Notes under the pieces: generated by a model
What the model was told of the DNA's origin: nothing
Seen by the model: only the letters and a program-made list of their open reading frames with translations
Databases searched by the model: none
IMG/VR virus record: IMGVR_UViG_3300024042_000001
Coordinates: 1-8,368 of that record
Length of the DNA stretch: 8,368 bases
From: a virus
Direction: 5' to 3' (one strand)
Translations under genes and position numbers: made by a program
Shown: positions 1 to 5,793 of the stretch, in pieces
How the letters are laid out: each line of letters starts with the position of its first letter
How positions within the stretch are numbered: the first letter of the stretch is position 1

Positions 1-127
1 GAGGCGCGGGCTATTACAGCACCGCAGATAATGCCCATAAACTCAGGGACACCAGCAATCGCCAGGAACTGCAACACCTGCACAGGCATGGTGTTGTATG
101 CCTCTTTTGCATATCCGATTGCCTGAG
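1..127. repeat. Terminal redundancy copy 1, identical to 8242-8368 (circularisation overlap)
   Basis: Base-by-base comparison of 1-127 with 8242-8368 shows 127/127 identity. The repeat is cut off by the window end. Confidence 0.97.
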
Positions 128-230
128 TAATTGCCGCAATAACCGCCCCGTAAGTCACAATGCCAATACCGATTGACACCAAGGCTCGGACAATCGCGTA
201 TGTGATTATCCATTGGAGAATAGCTGTCAT
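1..230 (-). CDS. pVI-like small inner-membrane/minor virion protein, N-terminal 76 codons. The full ORF is 89 aa and continues across the circular junction into 8241..8202.
   Basis: The ATG at 230..228 overlaps the pIII-like stop (ATGA at 230..227). My translation is MTAILQWIITYAIVRALVSIGIGIVTYGAVIAAITQAIGYAKEAYNTMPVQVLQFLAIAGVPEFMGIICGAVIARAS, then LQFVKRLALIGG* after the junction. It has two or three hydrophobic helices and sits between pIII and Zot as gVI does in inoviruses. It is missing from the ORF track because linearisation splits it. Confidence 0.7.
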   Translation of the reverse strand, partial: MTAILQWIITYAIVRALVSIGIGIVTYGAVIAAITQAIGYAKEAYNTMPVQVLQFLAIAGVPEFMGIICGAVIARA

Positions 231-1519
231 TCGTTTCTCCCCAGCAGAATAAACGCGGCACTTAGCCAAGCCATAGCCAGGAGCAACGGCTTAATTAATG
301 AGAGCGAATCACAAAGGCCCTGCCAAGAAAATGCCAACTGATAACCGAATATAGAGGCCATTATTGGCGCAGGGCAAACAGCGGCACCGGAAAATCCAGA
401 CTCCGGCGTAAAATCAAAATCTACCGCCTTAGATTCGAGACTGACCTTTTCCGGCATCTCCAGCTTTTGGCATGCAATTATGTCCGGATGTCTCTCGCAA
501 AGAGTCTGCTCATCTTCACTCTTAGCCTTATCGCCCGTTCCGTCATCCTCCTGTTGATCGGGCTTAGGTTCCGGTGAATTCTGAGGGCGATTTACAGGCT
601 GAAAATCAACGCGCCAGGGCTGAGAAGCCGTAGGGCTTGGCTGGATTTTCGTGCCCGGTTGTATATACGGTTGATTATTGGGACCAACCGGACTATTAGG
701 GTCGAAATTAGGATTGGGAACAGGGTTGCCATTTGGAACGAAAAATGGCTTGTGCTGAGGGCTGGCGCCAGGATCTGGATTAATCCATGGAGACGGCGTT
801 TCAATGGGGAGCGGCGTAGGCTGAGGCAACTCCTGCGGCACGCGCTCAGGCATCGGCTTAGGAGCCAGCGCATCCTCGAATTCCTGCTGCGTAACAGTCT
901 TTGGAGGCGGCGTTGACACACACCCGGCAGGCGTCGAATACCAACCCGCTGGGCAGGCGGTGGCATTACCCTCCCGGCGCAAATACCTAGTTTGTGTGCT
1001 CGAAATCCCAACAAAATTACACGTGCCGGACGGTACGTAAACAACAGCGTAATTAGGAAACGCTATCTGACCGTAAGCATTACAAGCCTCGACACCCGTG
1101 TTATACCAAGGATAACCCGTAAGAAACGTATAACGATAAGCATCCGAGACCGGATAATCACCAGCCGTAGAACGCTCCCATAACCCCGTACCCACGTTAT
1201 ACGCAAGGCCAGCAAGACCAAGCCACGTAGCAATAGCCGCAGCGCCACGCACATACGGATGCATGAAAATAGCAGCAGCGGCAATCCGAGGGGCATTAGC
1301 CGCCAAACGATAAGCGGCAGGCATCTTCACGGCCTGCCCACCAACCGTAGTAGTAGGCCCATTGGGCGAGTAAATCACCCTGCCATAACTCGCATCATTC
1401 GCTGATGGAGCATAAGAACCAGGACTCCAGCCAGGGGGCGGCGCCAATTGAGCATAGCCAGCCGACGCGCTGGCAGACGCAAAAAAGGCGCCAAGAATTA
1501 CGAACTTACGATAATCCAT
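227..1519 (-). CDS. pIII-like minor coat / host-adsorption protein (430 aa)
   Basis: N-terminal signal peptide (MDYRKFVILGAFFASASASAGYA). Cys-containing N-terminal domain. Long Pro/Asn/Gln-rich linker (PKPMPERVPQELPQPTPLP...PNPNFDPNSPVGPNNQP). C-terminal hydrophobic anchor (LIKPLLLAMAWLSAAFILLGRNE). Located downstream of the major coat gene and upstream of the pVI-like and Zot genes. GGGGG RBS 5 nt upstream of the ATG. Confidence 0.85.
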   Translation of the reverse strand: MDYRKFVILGAFFASASASAGYAQLAPPPGWSPGSYAPSANDASYGRVIYSPNGPTTTVGGQAVKMPAAYRLAANAPRIAAAAIFMHPYVRGAAAIATWLGLAGLAYNVGTGLWERSTAGDYPVSDAYRYTFLTGYPWYNTGVEACNAYGQIAFPNYAVVYVPSGTCNFVGISSTQTRYLRREGNATACPAGWYSTPAGCVSTPPPKTVTQQEFEDALAPKPMPERVPQELPQPTPLPIETPSPWINPDPGASPQHKPFFVPNGNPVPNPNFDPNSPVGPNNQPYIQPGTKIQPSPTASQPWRVDFQPVNRPQNSPEPKPDQQEDDGTGDKAKSEDEQTLCERHPDIIACQKLEMPEKVSLESKAVDFDFTPESGFSGAAVCPAPIMASIFGYQLAFSWQGLCDSLSLIKPLLLAMAWLSAAFILLGRNE

Positions 1520-1555
1520 GACGCCCCCAATATTGCGACTAAATAAATTAATGCC

Positions 1556-1882
1556 TCAGGTGTCATTACTGGCCCCTTGTTTCCAAACTTTGGCAATTAC
1601 GAAAATAATCATCCAACCACCGAATATTCCCCACGCAACAGGGCCAACATCCGATGCCGTAAGAAGGTTGCACGGCATAGGGTCCTGCAGAACCTGCACC
1701 GTGCTGGACGCACCCCCGGCGAGAGGCGTCAACGTGTACTCAATACCGTTGTCCGCCACCGCCGAGACGGTGACAACGTAGGCCCCGCCGCCCTGCTGCA
1801 CTACTGCGCCGGACTGGGCCGAAGCAGTCGCTTGCAGCGCTGCGGTTTTCGTGCCGTAGCACGCGGGACCCACTTGCCACAT
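1556..1882 (-). CDS. Hypothetical 108-aa protein with a C-terminal transmembrane anchor (possible minor virion or assembly protein)
   Basis: The ATG lies 15 nt after the major-coat stop. Third codon positions are mostly G/C, as in neighbouring genes. The C-terminus VGPVAWGIFGGWMIIFVIAKVWKQG is a hydrophobic helix followed by basic residues. The ORF fills the only gap between the coat and pIII-like genes. I recognise no family motif. Confidence 0.55.
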   Translation of the reverse strand: MWQVGPACYGTKTAALQATASAQSGAVVQQGGGAYVVTVSAVADNGIEYTLTPLAGGASSTVQVLQDPMPCNLLTASDVGPVAWGIFGGWMIIFVIAKVWKQGASNDT

Positions 1883-1897
1883 ATCAGCGCCCCGCCC

Positions 1898-2125
1898 TTA
1901 CTTCGAGCGCCACAGGAGCTTGATAGCCCAGATGGCAAACAAGCCGAGAACCACCGCGATGGCGATTTCCTGACCCGTGGACAGACCCGCATTGACCTTG
2001 GCGAGAATCTGCGTACCGGCGCTTTCGGCTTCCTGAGCCATCGCTGCAGCGGAGCCAGCCAGGGCCAGGGCAACGGCAGCGGCGCGGGAAGCGAAACGAC
2101 GCGATTGGGTGTTGAAACGGTTCAT
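1898..2125 (-). CDS. Major coat protein (pVIII-like), 75-aa precursor
   Basis: MNRFNTQSRRFASRAAAVALALAGSAAAMA | QEAESAGTQILAKVNAGLSTGQEIAIAVVLGLFAIWAIKLLWRSK. This reads as a signal peptide with an AxA cleavage site, then a ~45-aa mature peptide with an acidic N-terminus, hydrophobic core and basic C-terminus. That pattern is the hallmark of inovirus major capsid proteins. AGGAA RBS upstream. Confidence 0.9.
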   Translation of the reverse strand: MNRFNTQSRRFASRAAAVALALAGSAAAMAQEAESAGTQILAKVNAGLSTGQEIAIAVVLGLFAIWAIKLLWRSK

Positions 2126-2206
2126 TTGATTTCCTATAAAAAACGGTGCGGGATTGCACCCGGAGGCCCTCGACGTTTCCCAACGCTGGAGGGCTACCGG
2201 CTGAAA

Positions 2207-2374
2207 TCACTCAACTGCACCCATGGCCCGCCGACGAGCGGAATGAATTCGCGCAGCACGCTCAACACGCGAACCCAGCCAATCCAGGCCGCGCAGATAG
2301 AGCCAGAACAGACCCGCACCGCACCAGCCGCAAAGCATCGCGACATAGGCCACTCGAATTTCCTCAGCACTCAT
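2207..2374 (-). CDS. Small hydrophobic protein, 55 aa (pVII/pIX-position candidate); not in the supplied ORF track
   Basis: My translation from ATG 2374..2372 is MSAEEIRVAYVAMLCGWCGAGLFWLYLRGLDWLGSRVERAARIHSARRRAMGAVE*. It has one predicted TM helix followed by a basic tail, and a weak GGGAA RBS. It sits between the ssDNA-binding-position gene and the major coat gene, where inoviruses carry tiny virion-cap proteins. Confidence 0.45.
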   Translation of the reverse strand: MSAEEIRVAYVAMLCGWCGAGLFWLYLRGLDWLGSRVERAARIHSARRRAMGAVE

Positions 2375-2435
2375 GTTCGTTCCCGGGTACGTTTTGCGAT
2401 GTTTCGCAGTTAATGGGTAGGTGCCTGTTTTGCTT

Positions 2436-2645
2436 TCACAGCGCTACAGGACGGTGCAGTTCGTTGAGGTCCACCACTTGCGCGCGGTGAAAGTAGTCAA
2501 CGTGGTCCTCGATCAGCTGCGCGCAGGTTTCAAGGTCTTCGACGGGCACAGCGTCACGAAGCAACATCACCCATTCGGGCTGTCCGTCCTCATACGAGGG
2601 GGCGAGAAATGCGCCCGTAAAAGCCGACTGGATGACGTAGGCCAT
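2436..2645 (-). CDS. Hypothetical acidic 69-aa protein, translationally coupled to the upstream gene
   Basis: This is the internal Met of the 117-aa track ORF. ATG 2645..2643 overlaps the TAA stop of the upstream gene (TAATG). Sequence: MAYVIQSAFTGAFLAPSYEDGQPEWVMLLRDAVPVEDLETCAQLIEDHVDYFHRAQVVDLNELHRPVAL. The upstream 48 codons of the track ORF overlap the 2645-2971 gene out of frame and are Arg/Gly/Cys-rich. Confidence 0.6.
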   Translation of the reverse strand: MAYVIQSAFTGAFLAPSYEDGQPEWVMLLRDAVPVEDLETCAQLIEDHVDYFHRAQVVDLNELHRPVAL

Positions 2646-2971
2646 TACTGCACCTTGGGCGTTGCGGCTTTGGCTTGCTCGACGGGGCGGATATCGACCA
2701 GGACCATCTTGGTGCCGTCCTGCGCAGCAGCAGCCATTTCGAAGGTCGCGATGGCCTTGATGGGCAGCGATGCGCCGAGGTGCGCCCATTTGTCGAATTC
2801 CTTCGCGTCACCCAGCTTGAAGGGACGCGTCGCGCGGCCGATGGAGCGGCCTGCGCTGTTTTCAGCGATGTCCACTTCGCAGTGAAAAACGGTGCTGCTG
2901 AATGCGCGACCGTCGATGCTGCCTGCGCTTTCCTTGACGCCGTGGACGACGACTTCAGACTTGAATTGCAT
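2645..2971 (-). CDS. Putative ssDNA-binding protein (gV-like by position and size), 108 aa
   Basis: Located immediately downstream (34 nt) of the replication initiator, with an AGGAA RBS 7 nt upstream. Size matches inovirus gV-type proteins. The function is inferred from synteny only; I recognise no diagnostic motif. Confidence 0.55.
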   Translation of the reverse strand: MQFKSEVVVHGVKESAGSIDGRAFSSTVFHCEVDIAENSAGRSIGRATRPFKLGDAKEFDKWAHLGASLPIKAIATFEMAAAAQDGTKMVLVDIRPVEQAKAATPKVQ

Positions 2972-3005
2972 GGTGGTTTCCTTTTGGTTGCGGCCTTGCT
3001 TTGGG

Positions 3006-4247
3006 CTATGCGTGGACGTGGCCAGCGTCCGAGCCCTTGAAAACTCGCTCTTTTGCCGCGCTGTAGACGGCGGCGATTTCGTGTTGCTTGAAGCGCTGCA
3101 GGCGTCCTGGCAGCTTTGCGCCTTCGACGATGGCTGCGAATTCCTCAGCGTCCATGTGCTGGAAGCACAGGGCCAGGGATGGGCCTGCTACGTCGCGGAC
3201 CCAGCGCTTGTTGCGGGTGACTTCGGCTTCCACGGTTTGCGCTGCGAGCTTGGGTTCGCAGGGGACCGGTTCAGGGGTGACCGGCACTTGCAATTCGTGC
3301 TCGCGCAGCAGCGTGGCGTGCCATTCGCTGGCTCCTGCGAAATGGTCCTGCGGCCTGCGCAGCATGTCAGTTTCGAGGACGCGAAACTTGTTGCCGTAGC
3401 GCAGCTCTGCGCGCATCCAGGGGGTAGCGTCTTTTTCACCGAAAAGCTGGAAGCCCTTTTCGTAGACGTTCGTTTGCTTGCCCGCTTCTTTGCTGCCGAT
3501 GTAGAAGGACCGACCTTTGCCATTGGCCCAGTCGCCCACCATGTTGCAGTTCAGGCGTTTACCGTGGCTGTCGCACAGGCCCGCCATGTAGTCAGCCTTG
3601 ATGCGCTCCATGCCGCCGCTGATGCCTTCGAAGAAGTCAAGGGCGAGATCGCAGCGGGTGAGGATGGCGTTCAGTTCGTCGCAGAGGTCCGCGATGCGAT
3701 GGTTCCAACCGGGCTCAGCGAAAGTGGTTGCGCTGCCGTAGATGTTTGCGTGGATGGTCTTTGCCTGCGCGGACTGGCGCGGGCTGTCGCCGCTGGAGAG
3801 GTAGCCGACCCATGCGACTTCTTCCGCGTTGCGAACGATGCTCCAGCGGTAGCGGTAGAAGTCGTGACCCTTGCGCACTTCTGGATGCAGTTCGAAATCT
3901 GCGCCGAGGGCTTCCGCGATGCGGACGGCCAAATCCTTTGCCTGAACGCTGGCCGCGTAGTCGGGGTCCGGCATGAGCAGCAGTTGCTTGCGCAGTTCGT
4001 GCCAGCGCTCATCGAAGATGCTGGGCGCCCACTTGATGGCGCTGGGCGTTGCTGCAGGGAAAAGGTCATCGACCGCCGGAGCGGGAGCGTTTCGCAGCAG
4101 GCAGGTGAAGCGGACCCAGTCCACGTGAACCATGGACTTCGTTTCGATTCGCTCAGCCTGCAGACGTGCCTTGACGGTGTTTCCATCGAGCACGAGGGTG
4201 CAGGTTTTTGCGTGCTGGTTCAGCTTCGATTTCGCTGGGCGGGTCAT
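3006..4247 (-). CDS. Rolling-circle replication initiation protein, Rep_trans (pII/RstA-like) family, 413 aa
   Basis: Motifs match my recollection of the phage/plasmid Rep_trans family: HVDWVRFT near the N-terminus, LTRCDLALDFF, SFYIGSKEAGKQTNVYEKG and MRAELRYGNK. GAGGTG RBS. The start overlaps the upstream stop (ATGA 4247..4244). Confidence 0.92.
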   Translation of the reverse strand: MTRPAKSKLNQHAKTCTLVLDGNTVKARLQAERIETKSMVHVDWVRFTCLLRNAPAPAVDDLFPAATPSAIKWAPSIFDERWHELRKQLLLMPDPDYAASVQAKDLAVRIAEALGADFELHPEVRKGHDFYRYRWSIVRNAEEVAWVGYLSSGDSPRQSAQAKTIHANIYGSATTFAEPGWNHRIADLCDELNAILTRCDLALDFFEGISGGMERIKADYMAGLCDSHGKRLNCNMVGDWANGKGRSFYIGSKEAGKQTNVYEKGFQLFGEKDATPWMRAELRYGNKFRVLETDMLRRPQDHFAGASEWHATLLREHELQVPVTPEPVPCEPKLAAQTVEAEVTRNKRWVRDVAGPSLALCFQHMDAEEFAAIVEGAKLPGRLQRFKQHEIAAVYSAAKERVFKGSDAGHVHA

Positions 4248-4747
4248 TCGGTCACCTCTTTTTTGTTATCCCCGTGATTACCATCGGGGATGGCTGCTGC
4301 GCGCCCCGCACCGGCGCCCGCGCCCGCGCTCCGCGTCCGTGCACGGGCGCACGTTGCGCAGGCGTCCGGGCAATCGGGCACGAAGCCAGAGCAGACAGGG
4401 CGCATCCCTGCGGGACCGGGCTCTATGGCTTCGCCACCAAGCCCCTGCGGGTCTCGGCCCATTCGGGTAACGATCCCTTGCGCGGGGGTGCGTAGGGCGT
4501 GGGCGACTTCGACGGGCACGGGTTGCACGTCGGCTGACATGGGGTTTGGCACCCCATACCCCGCCCCCACCAAGCTCGCTGCGCTCGACGCGCTATTCGC
4601 GCTTTGGCGGGGCCCCGGTTGTCTCTCAGGAAGGGGGGCGGCGACGGCCTGCGCAAAGTGGGCGAGGACGTGCGTGGCGCTCGCGGCCGCGGTGGCGGGT
4701 TTCGCGGCCGCAACGGCCAGGACCTGGCTATTGGCGGGTTTCACCAT
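4244..4747 (-). CDS. Hypothetical Ala/Gly/Pro-rich 167-aa protein with a C-terminal Cys cluster
   Basis: The start overlaps the upstream HTH gene end (ATGGTGA) and the stop overlaps the Rep start (ATGA). Third codon positions are strongly G/C. This is the least Arg-rich of the six frames here. It contains CSGFVPDCPDACATC (CX6CX3CX2C) and an (AG)4 run. Its low complexity means a partly non-coding, origin-containing role for this DNA cannot be excluded. Confidence 0.5.
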   Translation of the reverse strand: MVKPANSQVLAVAAAKPATAAASATHVLAHFAQAVAAPLPERQPGPRQSANSASSAASLVGAGYGVPNPMSADVQPVPVEVAHALRTPAQGIVTRMGRDPQGLGGEAIEPGPAGMRPVCSGFVPDCPDACATCARARTRSAGAGAGAGRAAAIPDGNHGDNKKEVTE

Positions 4748-4980
4748 GGCGCCCCCAATGCGCGCTCGATTGCGCGGCGCGTGGACGGATCCACGTAGTC
4801 GCCCGATTCGGCGCGCTGGAAGGAACGCAGAGACACGCGGCAGTGCTTCGCGGCCTCAGGCTGCGTCAAGCCCTTTTCGAGACGCTGGCGACGGATGAAG
4901 CCAGCACCGGCCGGCGCTGCATACGGACCACGACGACCGGCGCCGGCCGCGATGGCGGGATTCGTGAAAATGCCAGTCAT
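4741..4980 (-). CDS. XRE-family helix-turn-helix DNA-binding protein, 79 aa
   Basis: FIRRQRLEKGLTQPEAAKHCRVSLRSFQRAESG fits the XRE/HTH_3 pattern (L..R...GLTQ.e.A...gvs...i...E.G). ATGA overlap with the upstream ORF at 4980..4977. Confidence 0.75.
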   Translation of the reverse strand: MTGIFTNPAIAAGAGRRGPYAAPAGAGFIRRQRLEKGLTQPEAAKHCRVSLRSFQRAESGDYVDPSTRRAIERALGAPW

Positions 4981-5192
4981 GGCAGCAACCCCTGCGCGCC
5001 CTCAAGACGCAGGACGTGCAGGCGCACGCGCTCAGCATCGCGGCCCGTGCGCAGGTAGGCGGCGCAGTGCTGAGCAGCGGCTTTGTAGTCTTCGGCAGCG
5101 CGCGTGCTGCCGTTGCGGATGCGCTCAGGGACCGGGGCCGCAATGGCGCGGCGGCAGCGGTATTGGAGATCGCGCTTGTCTTCGGGACTCAT
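4977..5192 (-). CDS. Hypothetical 71-aa protein
   Basis: ATGA overlaps at both ends (5192..5189 and 4980..4977) place it in the coupled gene chain. No motif recognised. Confidence 0.55.
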   Translation of the reverse strand: MSPEDKRDLQYRCRRAIAAPVPERIRNGSTRAAEDYKAAAQHCAAYLRTGRDAERVRLHVLRLEGAQGLLP

Positions 5193-5398
5193 TCTCTATA
5201 GCCCCGATAGTTAGCAACGTGATACATGCAGTCCGCATGCTCCCGAATGGCATTGCGCAGCGCCACCGCCGCACGCTCGCTACCGCAAACAAATCGCGCA
5301 AACTGCAAACCGTCGTCCGAGTAGACAACCACCTCAAACCGACCAGCATCCCGGTCAATCGGGTTGATGACCGCCAACTGAATATTTTTTAAGCTCAT
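5189..5398 (-). CDS. Hypothetical 69-aa protein
   Basis: ATGA overlaps at both ends (5398..5395 and 5192..5189). The composition looks like a normal globular protein (MSLKNIQLAVINPIDRDAGRFEVVVYSDDGLQFARF...). No motif recognised. Confidence 0.6.
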   Translation of the reverse strand: MSLKNIQLAVINPIDRDAGRFEVVVYSDDGLQFARFVCGSERAAVALRNAIREHADCMYHVANYRGYRE

Positions 5399-5793
5399 TG
5401 CAGCGCCCCATCACGGCGGGAGCCGTACAGGCCGACTTGCTCCCAGTTGCGATTCGTGAGGGCGAATCGAACCAGGGACTGCATCAATTCGTTTTTGCTG
5501 CAATCGAGGCTCGACGCGAGCTTGTCCAACGTGGCCGCGATGGCGGGTTTGTCCGTGAAATCGATGCGGGCCTTGTTAGCGCGATAGGCAGCCTTGCGAG
5601 CGGCAGCGCTGGCATGCACAGGCTTACGACCCTTGCGCTTTTCGTTCCCGGTGGCGGGCGCGCCCCCATCGTTGACGGCGCGAGCCACCGCGCAACCGTC
5701 GCCACCGATCAAGGTGGCGACTTCGATGGGGGCGCAAGGGTTGACCGCCTCAGGGGCGGTGAATTCGGGGAGAAGGAGTTGAAGGGCTGGCAT
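5395..5793 (-). CDS. Putative ribbon-helix-helix (CopG/Arc-like) DNA-binding protein, 132 aa; first gene of the long minus-strand unit
   Basis: The C-terminal segment ARIDFTD-KPAIAATLDKLASSLD-CSKN-ELMQSLVRFAL matches the strand-helix-turn-helix layout of RHH proteins. It is preceded by a basic stretch (KRKGRKP). GGAG RBS 7 nt upstream of ATG 5793. It lies directly next to the operator-like region. Confidence 0.6.
   Translation of the reverse strand: MPALQLLLPEFTAPEAVNPCAPIEVATLIGGDGCAVARAVNDGGAPATGNEKRKGRKPVHASAAARKAAYRANKARIDFTDKPAIAATLDKLASSLDCSKNELMQSLVRFALTNRNWEQVGLYGSRRDGALQ

Noticed and set aside
43-261. 72-aa minus-strand track ORF (MPRLFCWGETNDSYSP...)
   Set aside because: It overlaps the pIII-like 3' end and is Cys/Trp/Arg/Gly-rich with no hydrophobic core. 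A different frame starting at 230 gives a coherent membrane protein that is start/stop-coupled to both neighbours across the junction.
592-1296. 150-aa, 85-aa, 63-aa and 77-aa ORFs within the pIII-like gene
   Set aside because: All are alternative or antisense frames rich in Arg/Leu/Ile with no start-site support. The pIII-like frame explains the region.
1577-2413. 278-aa plus-strand ORF, plus the 1801-2073 and 1884-2210 minus-strand alternative frames
   Set aside because: These are Arg/Pro/Gly-rich shadow frames over the major coat gene and its neighbours. The coat protein frame has a textbook signal peptide and mature coat pattern.
2646-2789. N-terminal 48 codons of the 117-aa minus-strand track ORF
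   Set aside because: They overlap the gV-position gene out of frame and encode Arg/Gly/Cys-rich sequence. The internal ATG at 2645 forms a TAATG coupling junction with the upstream stop.
2892-4277. 461-aa plus-strand ORF
   Set aside because: It is exactly antisense to the Rep_trans gene, whose motifs are unambiguous. Long antisense open frames are expected in GC-rich coding DNA. The composition (Ala/Val/Gly/Arg/Cys-rich) shows no recognisable motif.
4337-4711. GC-rich palindrome CCGTGCACGG and duplicated TCGCGGCCGC as standalone regulatory elements
   Set aside because: Short GC palindromes and repeats are common in ~75% GC, Ala-codon-rich DNA. I kept them only as context in the 167-aa ORF finding, not as features.
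4290-5392. Plus-strand ORFs of 202, 170, 165, 64 and 61 aa, plus minus-strand alternative frames (4423-4713, 4856-5143, 5125-5358)
   Set aside because: These are extremely Arg/Pro/Ala-rich shadow frames in the most GC-rich part of the genome. The chosen minus-strand genes are linked by ATGA overlaps and have G/C-biased third positions.
5455-5480. tRNA T-loop-like string on the minus strand (GGTTCGATTCGCC), considered as a possible attP/tRNA fragment
   Set aside because: The flanks do not form a T-stem or acceptor stem (CCTGG versus CGCCC). The string lies inside the RHH-like coding frame, so it is most likely a chance match.
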